From Candidatus Aenigmatarchaeota archaeon (GTDB lineage Archaea; Aenigmatarchaeota; Aenigmatarchaeia; PWEA01), in assembly GCA_003555465.1 (NCBI GenBank), contig PWIB01000046.1:1-47986 (forward strand): a DNA stretch of 47,986 bases, written 5' to 3'. The translations under genes were made by a program, and so were the position numbers. Below are positions 32,537 through 41,795 of this stretch, piece after piece. The notes under the pieces were generated by a model. It saw nothing but the letters and a program-made list of their open reading frames with translations. It had not been told where the DNA came from and searched no databases. The number at the start of each line of letters is the position of its first letter. Positions within the stretch are counted from its first letter, which is position 1.

Positions 32537-33124
32537 ATGACTGATTTAATGGAAAGAGAAAAGTACGTCGATTCAGGAGTACATCTGGGCATGAGGAAGA
32601 GGTCCAAGGAGATGAAGGACTTTATTTTCAAGACCAGGCCCGACGGTCTCTCAATAATAAACATAGAAAAGATCGACAGTAGGATAGACGTGGCTTCGTC
32701 CTTTCTGAGTAGATTCGACAAGATAATGTTCGCCGGAAGGAAGGAAGGTGCAGTACCTGTTCTCAAGCTCGTCGATGAAGCGACTGATTTTGAGGTGGAA
32801 TACGGTAGATTTATGCCCGGGACTCTAACGAATCCATCCTTCGACGACTACACCGAACCCGACGTACTTGTCGTCGTGGATCCAATAATCGACGAACAGG
32901 CTGTCTCGGAAGCGATAAAGAAGAGGATTCCTGTTGTAGCTGTCTGTGATAGCTTCACAAACCTCGACTACGTAGATCTTATAATTCCAGGGAACAACAA
33001 GGGCAGAAAGAGCCTCGGTGCAATATTTTATCTTCTCACCAGGGAAATCCTCAAGAAGAAAGAAGAAATAGAGGAAGGCGAGTTTGGATACGAACTATCT
33101 GACTTCACAGGCGAAGAGGAGTAG
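32537..33124 (+). CDS. rps2: ribosomal protein S2 (uS2)
   Basis: YVDSGVHLGMRKRSKEMKDFIFKTRPDGLSIINIEK. TATA ATATTTAAATT lies 27 nt upstream of the ATG at 32537, so the TTG at 32528 is less likely. Confidence 0.9.
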   Translation: MTDLMEREKYVDSGVHLGMRKRSKEMKDFIFKTRPDGLSIINIEKIDSRIDVASSFLSRFDKIMFAGRKEGAVPVLKLVDEATDFEVEYGRFMPGTLTNPSFDDYTEPDVLVVVDPIIDEQAVSEAIKKRIPVVAVCDSFTNLDYVDLIIPGNNKGRKSLGAIFYLLTREILKKKEEIEEGEFGYELSDFTGEEE

Positions 33125-33168
33125 GCTTCTATATTTATTAATCTCAAGACCAATTTATTCTAGGGTGT

Positions 33169-34026
33169 TTGAATATTATAATACGTAACTCAGCCGCTGC
33201 TGGACAGTTCTATCCTAGGAGCTCCGGTGACATAGAATCAATGATAGACAAGTTCTCGAGGAGAGCAGACGTAAAAAAGAAGGATGTTCTGGGAGGTGTT
33301 GTCCCTCACGCAGGCTACATGTACTGCGGCAAAACTCAGGCCCACGTATACGAATCCATACTGGAGGACACAAACACTTTCGTTATACTGGGACCCAACC
33401 ACTCGAAGCAAGGGACATCGGAAGCAATAATGACAAACGGACTGTGGAAAACGCCTCTCGGCGGCGCAAGAATTAACACTGAGCTCGCCGAAGCGATACT
33501 GGGGAACTCAGACTATCTCGAGGACGACTACACGGCACACAATCAGGAGCACTCGATAGAGGTCCAAATTCCGTGGTTACAGAAAAAGTTCAGAGACTTT
33601 AACTTCGTTCCAATTTCTATGAGCGAACACGACCTCGACAGAGGAAGAGATATAGGAAAGGCTATAAGGAAGGCTAAAGAAGAAACCTCGGAGAAGTTCG
33701 TGGTGCTAGCATCCTCTGATTTTACCCATTTCGGGACCTCCTACGGCTACAGGCCTGTTAGCGGAGGAATAGGAAAGAAGCTTGACTACATAAAAAAGAT
33801 AGACACCGAAGCGGCTTCGGCCATAGAAAAGCTCTCTCCTGAAACGTTCGTTGACACGGTCGAAAGGTACGACTCGCCGATATGTGGTGTAGGTCCTATA
33901 TCTGCGCTTCTCTACTACCTCGAGGACCTATCAAGCGGCGGTGAACTCCTTGACTACTCGACTTCCTATGAGGTATCGAAGAACGAAGACTCTATAGTAG
34001 GATACTGCGGAATAGTTATGGAATGA
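33169..34026 (+). CDS. MEMO1-family / AmmeMemoRadiSam system protein B
   Basis: AAGQFYP, VVPHAGYMYCG, GPNH, and EHSIEVQIPWLQ. TTG start lies 30 nt after TATA TATATTTATTAA. Confidence 0.85.
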   Translation: MNIIIRNSAAAGQFYPRSSGDIESMIDKFSRRADVKKKDVLGGVVPHAGYMYCGKTQAHVYESILEDTNTFVILGPNHSKQGTSEAIMTNGLWKTPLGGARINTELAEAILGNSDYLEDDYTAHNQEHSIEVQIPWLQKKFRDFNFVPISMSEHDLDRGRDIGKAIRKAKEETSEKFVVLASSDFTHFGTSYGYRPVSGGIGKKLDYIKKIDTEAASAIEKLSPETFVDTVERYDSPICGVGPISALLYYLEDLSSGGELLDYSTSYEVSKNEDSIVGYCGIVME

Positions 34027-34030
34027 TCAT

Positions 34031-35713
34031 ATGAATGAAGAAGTAAAGGAAAGTATAAGGAAGTACGCGCTTCGAAACGCGCTACAGCACGACGGACAGG
34101 CAAATGTAAATGCTGTTCTCGGAGGAGTCATGTCCGACCACGATGTAGAGCCAAAGGACATAATAGAAAAGATACAGGAAGTTGTTGGGGAAGTTAACGA
34201 CCTTCCAATGGAAGAACAGGAGGAAAGGGCAGAAGAAATGGGTGTCGTCCTAGAAACAAAAAAGGAGGAAAGCGAAGAACTGCCTGAACTTCCAGGTGAG
34301 GAGGAAGGCAACGTAATAACCAGGGCAGCTCCAAACCCGAACGGACCCTTCCACCTCGGCAACAGCAGAGCTTACATCCTATCGTATATTTACGCCAACA
34401 GAAACAACGGGAGGTTTATACTCAGGTACGACGACACAAATCCATCGAGCCCGGAGAAGTCACCAAAAGAGAAGTTCTACAGGTGGATAGAGGAGGACCT
34501 CGAATGGCTCGGCTGTAAGCCTGATCTGATCATAAAAGCGTCGGACAGGCTCGACATATACTACGAGTTCGCCTACGAGCTCCTAGAAGAAGAGAAAGCC
34601 TACGTATGTACCTGCGATCCTCAAAAATGGAAGGGTCTCAGAGACGAAGGTAAGCCATGCCCCTGCAGAACTAAAGGTTCAGAAGAGCATGTGGACAGAT
34701 GGCACAAAATGCAGGACGGGGGCTACGATGAGGGCGATGCGGTAGTGAGGATAAAAACAGATATAGAACACAAGGACCCGGCTCAGAGGGACTGGCCCGC
34801 CTTCAGAATACTGAAGGATCATAACCATCCACACGTTTCACAGGACTACGTTGTTTGGCCACTCTACAACTTTGCTTCGGCAATAGACGACCACGAACTC
34901 AACGTTACGCACATATTCAGAGCTGAGGAGCACTCAACAAACACGGAAAACCAGAAGCATCTCTACGAACATCTGGGTTGGGAGTATCCGAACACAGCCC
35001 ACCACGGCTTTCTATCCCTTAAGGGAGCAGTGCTCTCTACAAGCACTATAAGAAACGGTATAGAAAGCGGCAAGTACATGGGCTGGGACGACCCGAGGCT
35101 AGGTACGATAAGAGCGCTACGGAGACGTGGATTCCAGCCGGAGGCTATACACAAGCTCATAAAGAAATACGGAGTAAAGAGTTCCAACGCCGAGGTCTCC
35201 ATGGAAGAGTTCACCAGCATCAACAGGAAGATCGTTGATCCCGAAGCGCTCAGATACTTCTTCGTGAAGGATCCTGTAAAGATAAATGTGGAAGGTGCGG
35301 ATAAAGAAGGAAAAGTAGACCTTCCGGTGCATCCCGAAAAAGAAGGTACGAGGGAGCTGGAAGTCTCCGACGCGTTCTTCGTCGAAAGAGAGGATCTTGA
35401 GTCCAACCGTGGCGAAACGATCAGGCTCAAAGGACTTTACAACATAGAAGTTCCTGAAGAAGGCAAAGAATGCGAATACGCAGGCGACGAAATAATACAG
35501 GAAATGGCAAAGATACACTGGCTTCCTGAAGGAGAAGGAGAAACAGTCGAAGGAGAGGTCGTGATGCCAAGCTCCGAGACGGAAAAAGGAATGGTAGAGA
35601 AAAACGTTCTGGATGAAGAAGAAGGCAACGTTCTGCAGTTCGAGAGGTTTGGATTCGTGAGACTGGACGAGAAGGAAGGAGAAAAGGCGAAGTTCTGGTT
35701 CACACACAAATAA
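34031..35713 (+). CDS. gltX: glutamyl-tRNA synthetase (archaeal type)
   Basis: RAAPNPNGPFHLGNSRA (HIGH region) and VLSTS (KMSKS-like). 560 aa. Confidence 0.9.
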   Translation: MNEEVKESIRKYALRNALQHDGQANVNAVLGGVMSDHDVEPKDIIEKIQEVVGEVNDLPMEEQEERAEEMGVVLETKKEESEELPELPGEEEGNVITRAAPNPNGPFHLGNSRAYILSYIYANRNNGRFILRYDDTNPSSPEKSPKEKFYRWIEEDLEWLGCKPDLIIKASDRLDIYYEFAYELLEEEKAYVCTCDPQKWKGLRDEGKPCPCRTKGSEEHVDRWHKMQDGGYDEGDAVVRIKTDIEHKDPAQRDWPAFRILKDHNHPHVSQDYVVWPLYNFASAIDDHELNVTHIFRAEEHSTNTENQKHLYEHLGWEYPNTAHHGFLSLKGAVLSTSTIRNGIESGKYMGWDDPRLGTIRALRRRGFQPEAIHKLIKKYGVKSSNAEVSMEEFTSINRKIVDPEALRYFFVKDPVKINVEGADKEGKVDLPVHPEKEGTRELEVSDAFFVEREDLESNRGETIRLKGLYNIEVPEEGKECEYAGDEIIQEMAKIHWLPEGEGETVEGEVVMPSSETEKGMVEKNVLDEEEGNVLQFERFGFVRLDEKEGEKAKFWFTHK

Positions 35714-35812
35714 GATATTTTATTTCAGGTGGGTTCTCTCTAAACTTTTAAATATTTACTTCCCATAGAAATGTTAGCTCATTTTGAATCAGAGGTTTCC
35801 GAAAAGATGAAA

Positions 35813-35843
35813 ATCACTGATGAAATAAAAAACGAGAGGTGAT
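35813..35843 (+). promoter_or_regulatory. candidate K-turn/K-loop in the L7Ae 5' leader, sequestering the SD
   Basis: The C-helix pairs ATCACT (35813-18) with GGTGAT (35838-43, the SD itself). A 3-nt bulge GAT follows, then tandem GA (35822-23) opposite GA (35836-37). The bulged strand reads CUGAUGA, like a box C. Confidence 0.5.
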
Positions 35844-35846
35844 TGG

Positions 35847-36218
35847 ATGACAGACTATGTAAAGTTTGACGTTTCAGAAGAACTGGAAGATACGACACTT
35901 GAAGCACTTGAAACAGCAAGAGCTACAGGGAAGCTCAGCATCGGTACGAACGAGGTAACAAAGGCTGTTGAAAGAGGCAACGCAGACTTGGTTATAATAG
36001 CCGAAGATGTCGATCCTCCAGAAGTAGTAATGCACCTACCAGCTATCTGTGAGGAAAAGTCGATTCCTTACAGCTTCGTAGGAAAGAAGGAAGAGCTTGG
36101 TAGAGCTTGTGGCCTTACGGTCCAAACGGCCTCGGCAGCTATAACTGAAGTAGGGGACGCAGAAGGTCTTATAGAAGAGGTTGTAGACGAGGTAAAAACT
36201 TTAAAAACTACAGAGTAA
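35847..36218 (+). CDS. rpl7ae: ribosomal protein L7Ae
   Basis: [46 protein letters not shown] is the canonical L7Ae core. SD GAGGTGA lies 4 nt upstream. Confidence 0.92.
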   Translation: MTDYVKFDVSEELEDTTLEALETARATGKLSIGTNEVTKAVERGNADLVIIAEDVDPPEVVMHLPAICEEKSIPYSFVGKKEELGRACGLTVQTASAAITEVGDAEGLIEEVVDEVKTLKTTE

Positions 36219-36229
36219 AATGATGCGCT

Positions 36230-36427
36230 ATGGCAGAAGAAGCTGTTCCAGGAAAAGTAGTTCAGATTTTAGGTAGAAGCGGTGTCGGTGATGTCACCGC
36301 AGTTAGATGTAAGGTTCTCGAAGGACATGACGAAGGTAAAGTGCTCACGAGAAACGTGATGGGTCCCGTAAAGAAAGGGGACATCCTTATGCTCAAAGAA
36401 ACAGAAATGGAATCCGGTGGAAGGTAA
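36230..36427 (+). CDS. rps28e: ribosomal protein S28e
   Basis: [23 protein letters not shown]...[21 protein letters not shown]. It holds the conserved position after L7Ae. Confidence 0.88.
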   Translation: MAEEAVPGKVVQILGRSGVGDVTAVRCKVLEGHDEGKVLTRNVMGPVKKGDILMLKETEMESGGR

Positions 36428-36439
36428 AAAAGTGATAAA

Positions 36440-36595
36440 ATGGAATGTACATTCTGCGGTGAAAAGATAGACAAGGGTGAAGGAAAGATAGTCGTGGATA
36501 AAACTGGAAAGAGTTTCTTCTACTGCTCTTCAAAGTGCGAGAAAAACCATCAAAAGTTAGGCAGAGAACCAAAAAACACAGACTGGGTGAAATAA
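36440..36595 (+). CDS. rpl24e: ribosomal protein L24e (51 aa), below the ORF-track cut-off
   Basis: Manual translation gives MECTFCGEKIDKGEGKIVVDKTGKSFFYCSSKCEKNHQKLGREPKNTDWVK, the canonical L24e zinc motif. It completes the L7Ae-S28e-L24e string. Confidence 0.85.
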   Translation: MECTFCGEKIDKGEGKIVVDKTGKSFFYCSSKCEKNHQKLGREPKNTDWVK

Positions 36596-36596
36596 T

Positions 36597-37244
36597 ATGA
36601 AGTTTCTTATCTTTGGTCCACCTGGTTCCGGGAAAGGAACCTACTCTTCTGAAATCGAGGATAAAATAGACGTAGAACACATAGCTACAGGGGACATGTT
36701 CAGGGAAGCCGTAAAGAAGGACACGGAACTCGGAAACAAAGTAGAGGAATACCTTGACAAAGGCGAGCTAGTTCCCGACGAACTGGTAAATGAGGTCGTG
36801 AGGGAAAAGCTCAAGGAAATCGGAATGGAAGGATTTATACTTGACGGCTACCCGAGGACTGTAGAACAGGCAAAGTTCCTTGAGGAGCTTGTCGATATAG
36901 ACGCTCTAATACTCCTAGACGTCACAGACGATATAATAATCGAGCGTCTTTCTTCAAGAAGGATCTGCAAGGAATGTGGTGAAGTTTTCAACAAGCTGTT
37001 CAATCCACCTGAAGAAGAAGGTATATGTGACGAGTGTGGAGGGGAGCTTTACCAGAGGAAGGACGACAAGCCAGAAGTAATCAAGGACAGGATAGAGACC
37101 TATGAGGAGAGATCAGAGCCTGTTATAAGCTATTTTGAAGACAAGATTCCGTTTGTAGTTAACAAGTGCAGAGAAGCCAACGCACCGATTGATGGAATGG
37201 TCAACAACATAATAGAAGGACTTGAGGAAAAGGGTCTTGTCTAG
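36597..37244 (+). CDS. adk: adenylate kinase (long form with zinc lid)
   Basis: P-loop GPPGSGKGT, and lid CKECG...CDECGG. Confidence 0.92.
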   Translation: MKFLIFGPPGSGKGTYSSEIEDKIDVEHIATGDMFREAVKKDTELGNKVEEYLDKGELVPDELVNEVVREKLKEIGMEGFILDGYPRTVEQAKFLEELVDIDALILLDVTDDIIIERLSSRRICKECGEVFNKLFNPPEEEGICDECGGELYQRKDDKPEVIKDRIETYEERSEPVISYFEDKIPFVVNKCREANAPIDGMVNNIIEGLEEKGLV

Positions 37245-38707
37245 CTCTTCAGAAGACCTTTGTTTTTGGCATATTTTCCATAGGATTCAAACTCCAGTAG
37301 TTCCTCGTCTTCTTTTCCGATCCAGGAGTCAACACTCCTCTTCTTCTCTTTCTGTTTTTCCTTTATCTTTTCCGTAACAGTTATATCGAAGGCGTCGGAG
37401 CCTGCACCTGATCCGTAGGAAGTAACAAAGATCCTCTCGCCAGGCGAAGCCTGGTCAAATATTCTACATAAACCAAGAGGAACGCAAGCAGAGTAGGTAT
37501 TTCCTATCCAGTCAACAACTATAGTCGGTTCTATCTGCTCCTCGGTGAAGCCAAGCCTCTTACCTACTTTCCGTGGAAACTTCCTGTTAGGTTGATGGAA
37601 CAAAGCGTAGTCATAGTCTTCAGGTTCAGTTCCTTGTTTTTTCATAAGTCTCTCGGCGGCTTCCTCTATGTGTTTGAAGTAAGCCGGCTCACCAGTGAAA
37701 CGTCCAAAATGAACCGGAAACTCCTCTGCTTCGCCACGGACAAAATCAGGAGTATCTGAAGTAAAGGACTCGTAAGCGTTTATAATCGCAATTGGGTCCT
37801 TTGAACCTACGAGCAAAGCAGCTGAACCATCACCTGCAGTATATTTTAAGGCGTCTCCAGGCCTCGCCTGCGATGAATCAGAACCTATAGCAAGGCCGTA
37901 GTTTATGGTCCCAGCCTTTACAGAGTCATGTGCATCTATAATAGCCTGGGTCCCAGCTTTGCAGGCAAACTCAAAGTCTACGCACTGCTCATCGGAACCG
38001 ATAAGCTCGGCAACGACAGAAGCTGTAGGCTTCACAGCGTAGGGATGAGACTCCGATCCCACCATTATCTTACCTATATTCGAAGGGTCGACATCGTTAG
38101 TTTCGAGACAGTTAAGGGCGGAGTTCATAGCGTAGGATCCTGGGTCCTCCCATTTTCCAGGGAAGCTCTTAACGAGACCTTCAACATCTTCGCCCCATAC
38201 CTCTCCTATCTCCTCTGATTTTATCCTCTTACGTGGAACGTAAACTCCGTAATCAACTATCCCTACACCTTGTTTCGGTTCGCAACTTCCCTCGGACGGT
38301 TGAGGCGAATGATAATCCCTCTTCTTTTTCCATAGATAGGTGTAGAACCTTACCTCGTTTGAAATCCCGAGAAGCCCTATTTCTGCTTCGACCTCCTCGC
38401 CTGTAACCCTTTCATCAGTATCTATAATACCAGGGGCTTTGAAATCAAGTCCCTCAAGGCTTACAAGTCCGACGGAATAAGGAATTTTCTCATCGAGGTT
38501 GAAGTCTGAAGTGGATTTTCTTACAACAGATGAGGAGTAAACCTTGCCTCTCTTAGGGAGGTCGGTTTTACTCAACTGACCCTCTCTACCACAGTCGCTA
38601 CAGAAGTTCCTTGATGAAAGGTATATTTTTCCACAGTTTTTACACTCCTTTCCCTTCAGATATCTCAAATCCAAGGTTCTTCTGTATTCAGGTGCAGTTC
38701 TCTCCAT
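37241..38707 (-). CDS. DUF35 (Zn-ribbon/OB) fused to HMG-CoA synthase
   Basis: The N-terminal part is CKNCGKIYLSSRNFCSDCG plus an OB-like segment GKVYSSSVV...YSVGLVSLEG. The HMGCS core follows, with VGIVDYGVYVP, catalytic EFACKAGT, and GDGSAALLVG. Confidence 0.85.
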   Translation of the reverse strand: MERTAPEYRRTLDLRYLKGKECKNCGKIYLSSRNFCSDCGREGQLSKTDLPKRGKVYSSSVVRKSTSDFNLDEKIPYSVGLVSLEGLDFKAPGIIDTDERVTGEEVEAEIGLLGISNEVRFYTYLWKKKRDYHSPQPSEGSCEPKQGVGIVDYGVYVPRKRIKSEEIGEVWGEDVEGLVKSFPGKWEDPGSYAMNSALNCLETNDVDPSNIGKIMVGSESHPYAVKPTASVVAELIGSDEQCVDFEFACKAGTQAIIDAHDSVKAGTINYGLAIGSDSSQARPGDALKYTAGDGSAALLVGSKDPIAIINAYESFTSDTPDFVRGEAEEFPVHFGRFTGEPAYFKHIEEAAERLMKKQGTEPEDYDYALFHQPNRKFPRKVGKRLGFTEEQIEPTIVVDWIGNTYSACVPLGLCRIFDQASPGERIFVTSYGSGAGSDAFDITVTEKIKEKQKEKKRSVDSWIGKEDEELLEFESYGKYAKNKGLLKS

Positions 38708-38714
38708 ATTATCC

Positions 38715-39935
38715 TCAAGGTTTTCTCAAAAGACTTACTACAGCCGTTCCACCGCTGCCTCCAACGTTGTGTGTGATCCCCACCTCGGCACCATCGACCT
38801 GCCTTTCACCGGCTTCTCCTCTAAGCTGCTCTGTAATTTCAACGGCCTGGGCTATTCCTGTCGCACCTACAGGATGTCCCTTTGCCTTCAGTCCGCCGGA
38901 TGTATTTACAAACAGCTCTCTTCCGTCTGGAAGCTCGTAGGGAACAGGAGCCTCGTTTTCACTGCAGTCCTTCAAACTCTTCTCTATCCATTTCCAGGCC
39001 TTCTTTTTGGGATAAAATCCAAGGTCTTCGAGGGCCAGTACCTCTGCAATAGAAAAGCAGTCATGTACCTCAGCAATGTCGACGTCTTCAGGTCCTAAGC
39101 CAGAGGAATCGTAAACACGCTCGGCTGCCTTTTGTGTTGAAACAAGGGTAAGTATATCCTCCCTTTCGTAAAGCGCTATAGAATCGTTTACACCTTCGAC
39201 GTCCTCAATAACAACGTAATCCGCACCCAGTTCCTCTGCCTTTCTCACCGTCGTCAATAAGACAGCGGCAGCACCGTCGGCTATGCCGGAAGAGTTAAGC
39301 AGCTTTGTTGGGCTGGCAACCGGAAAGGAGTTTTTAACCTTGTCGTGTGAAACCTCGAAGGGGTACTGCGCCCTTGGGTTCTTCGAAGCGTGCTTATGGC
39401 TCTTTACTGCTATGTGGTCAAAGTCCTCCTCTGTAGCTTCTGTCTCCTCAAGGTATCTATCCTTCAACATGCCGTAAAGTGCTGGAAAGGTGAAGCCAAC
39501 CTCCTTTCCCATATCTGAAGCAGCGCTAAGTATTTTTGTTGCCTCGTCTGTGGACTTGTCTGTCATTTTCTCAAAGCCACCTGCCATGACAATCCTGTCT
39601 TCATCGTGATGAGCTCCAGCAAGTACATCATTAAAAGAGGCTTCCAGGGCGAGGCCGCCTGAAGAACATGCTCCCTCTATCCTTCTACCTAGTATCTGTG
39701 ACTCAGGGTTACTGTCAAATACTTCGGAGAAAACCTTCGAGGCTGTATGCTCCTGACCTCCAAACATACCGAGGGACATATTACCAAGGAAGAACTTCTC
39801 TATGTCGTTCTTCTTTATTCCTGCGTCCTCCAGAGCTTCGAGTCCTGCCTCTTCTACCAGTTCGACCCAGGAACGGTCCCAGAGTTCACCGAACTCCGTA
39901 TGACCTACGCCGATGACAGCTACCTTCTCTTTCAT
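38715..39935 (-). CDS. acetyl-CoA acetyltransferase (archaeal thiolase)
   Basis: Active-site EGACSSGG and C-terminal HNVGGSGG. It lies directly upstream of the HMGCS gene. Confidence 0.88.
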   Translation of the reverse strand: MKEKVAVIGVGHTEFGELWDRSWVELVEEAGLEALEDAGIKKNDIEKFFLGNMSLGMFGGQEHTASKVFSEVFDSNPESQILGRRIEGACSSGGLALEASFNDVLAGAHHDEDRIVMAGGFEKMTDKSTDEATKILSAASDMGKEVGFTFPALYGMLKDRYLEETEATEEDFDHIAVKSHKHASKNPRAQYPFEVSHDKVKNSFPVASPTKLLNSSGIADGAAAVLLTTVRKAEELGADYVVIEDVEGVNDSIALYEREDILTLVSTQKAAERVYDSSGLGPEDVDIAEVHDCFSIAEVLALEDLGFYPKKKAWKWIEKSLKDCSENEAPVPYELPDGRELFVNTSGGLKAKGHPVGATGIAQAVEITEQLRGEAGERQVDGAEVGITHNVGGSGGTAVVSLLRKP

Positions 39936-40007
39936 TAGGTTGTATTAATAGTCCGGGGCTTAAAAATCTTTCGACAAAAGAAACACAGTGTATAGTACAT
40001 CTGTCGA

Positions 40008-41252
40008 TTACTTCTTCACAATACCGTAACCGATCAGACGCCACTTGTTCTCGATCTGACGTGAAATAGCTATCCTATCACCCATATCCATACATACAGG
40101 AAGCTTCAGCTTGACTTCTGCCTCCTCGTTTCCATCGACTACTCTTGCAGAAGTAACAACACCTGCGGTCTTTGATGTGCCTGCTGTAAGCATAAGCGGT
40201 TCGTTAGTTTTGATCTCCTCTACCTTCCTTTCTCCTTCGATTCCTGCGACCTTGTCAAAAGTATGGATTTCAAGTGTAAGTTCCTCTATAAGGTCAGGTA
40301 GCTCACCTGGATAGCCCACGACTGAGCCTGAGAAGTTGTCACTTTTAGTAAAGGAAGGGTCTAGCTTCGTCTGGATTCCAAGAAGTCCTCCCGGTCCTGC
40401 CTTATCCAAGCTTTTACCGATCTTCTCCATAGCAACTATCTCAGTCTTTACGGGTTGCATCCCGTCGTCCTTTCGGATCCCGGGCCTTATCTCTATCTCA
40501 TCTCCCACGCTCAGCTCGCCATGTACAAGACTTCCGCCGATCACTCCTCCTTTAATATCGTCAATCTCGGTACCTGGCTTGTTAACATCGAAGGATCTGG
40601 CCACCATCATCTTAGGACTTGCTTCAGGATCTCTCTCGGGCGTAGGTATCTCCTCCTCCATAGCCTGTAAAACTGCATCGACGTTGACTCTCTGCAGAGC
40701 AGATACAGGTACTATCGGAGCGTCCTCTGCAACTGTCCCCTTGACGAACTCCTTTATCTCCTCATAGCTTTCCCTTGCTCTCTCCTCGGAAACCGAATCT
40801 ATTTTGTTCTGGACTATAACAATATTGTCTATACCGGCTATATCCAAGGTTTTCAGATGCTCTGCTGTCTGAGGCTGTGGACAAGGCTCATCGGCAGATA
40901 TAACAAAAAGACAGCCATCCATCAAAGCAGCTCCTGACAGAACAGTTCCCATAAGGGTCTTGTGGCCAGGTACGTCAACAAGTGATATGGTTCTCTGTGG
41001 CTCCGTATCTTCAAAGCAGGTAGGACACTTATCAGTGGTACAGTAACAGTTGGGCTCATCACAGTCCTCACATTTGTATATAGTCGCGTCCGCGTAACCG
41101 AGCCTTATAGTTATCCCTCTCTTTATTTCTTCGGAATGTGTATCGGCCCACTTGCCAGAAATAGCCTGAGCTAACGTACTCTTCCCATGGTCTACATGGC
41201 CCATTAAACCTATATTCACCTTTGGTATGAGCCTTTCATCTAGTTCTTCCAT
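40008..41252 (-). CDS. eif2g: translation initiation factor aIF2 gamma
   Basis: GHVDHGKSTL, DVPGH, QNKID, and a Zn-knuckle CEDCDEPNCYCTTDKCPTC. Confidence 0.92.
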   Translation of the reverse strand: MEELDERLIPKVNIGLMGHVDHGKSTLAQAISGKWADTHSEEIKRGITIRLGYADATIYKCEDCDEPNCYCTTDKCPTCFEDTEPQRTISLVDVPGHKTLMGTVLSGAALMDGCLFVISADEPCPQPQTAEHLKTLDIAGIDNIVIVQNKIDSVSEERARESYEEIKEFVKGTVAEDAPIVPVSALQRVNVDAVLQAMEEEIPTPERDPEASPKMMVARSFDVNKPGTEIDDIKGGVIGGSLVHGELSVGDEIEIRPGIRKDDGMQPVKTEIVAMEKIGKSLDKAGPGGLLGIQTKLDPSFTKSDNFSGSVVGYPGELPDLIEELTLEIHTFDKVAGIEGERKVEEIKTNEPLMLTAGTSKTAGVVTSARVVDGNEEAEVKLKLPVCMDMGDRIAISRQIENKWRLIGYGIVKK

Positions 41253-41263
41253 ATCGATCCCGT

Positions 41264-41680
41264 TTATTCTTCCTCTTCAGTTTCCTCTTCCTCAGTTTCC
41301 TCAGAACCAAGAAGCTCATCTATGCTTTCAGCGTCGCTATCTTTGTCGACGACCTTTACATTTACCTGAACTATGTCCTCTGAAATCACTTCTCCTCTAA
41401 CTGACTTCCTTCTCTTTACACCGCTGTCTTCGGGTCTGTAGCCAGGACCGTCGCTCATCAGAACTCTTCTGAGGCCGCTTCCATTAACTCCCTTTCTCAT
41501 AGGGAAGCCCTCTTCATCACTTCCTCCTGTGACTTCAAGACTGTATCCTTCTAAGCCAACAAGAGAGCCGTTGAACACTTCACCTAGCTCAGTACCTATC
41601 AGAGGAGTTGCTTCTTTCTCCACCTGCCAAGACCTGCCCTCCTGAGGATCGGAAATGCTTATCTTGAAAATATCAATCAC
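41264..41680 (-). CDS. rps6e: ribosomal protein S6e with acidic tail
   Basis: FKISISDPQEGRSWQVE...GFPMRKGV is the canonical S6e signature. GTG start. Confidence 0.88.
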   Translation of the reverse strand: MIDIFKISISDPQEGRSWQVEKEATPLIGTELGEVFNGSLVGLEGYSLEVTGGSDEEGFPMRKGVNGSGLRRVLMSDGPGYRPEDSGVKRRKSVRGEVISEDIVQVNVKVVDKDSDAESIDELLGSEETEEEETEEEE

Positions 41681-41697
41681 CTCGCCCAGATCAGTTT

Positions 41698-41740
41698 CTT
41701 GAAAACAAAGTTTTCAAGTTTGGAAACAAGCGTTTCCAAA
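41698..41740. repeat. two abutting perfect 9-bp hairpins (CTTGAAAAC-AAA-GTTTTCAAG; TTTGGAAAC-AAGC-GTTTCCAAA)
   Basis: Read directly. They lie 18-60 nt upstream of the S6e GTG start and downstream of TATA-like CTATTTAAAG (41774-41783), so they fall in the presumed 5' leader. The arm of the second hairpin equals the arm of the 4058-4076 palindrome. Confidence 0.7.
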
Positions 41741-41795
41741 TCATCTCCGGGCATTGTTCAAAGACATAGCAAGCTATTTAAAGATTACGGGGTTC

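Noticed and set aside
31851-32766. Two long minus-strand ORFs (206 and 185 aa)
   Set aside because: They are antisense to the PAC2, RpoK and S2 genes, all of which have strong family signatures.
35771-35842. 23-codon upstream ORF ([23 protein letters not shown]) in the L7Ae leader
   Set aside because: It is very short with no SD or obvious promoter geometry. The region is better explained as a structured leader carrying the K-turn candidate. It cannot be excluded as a regulatory uORF.
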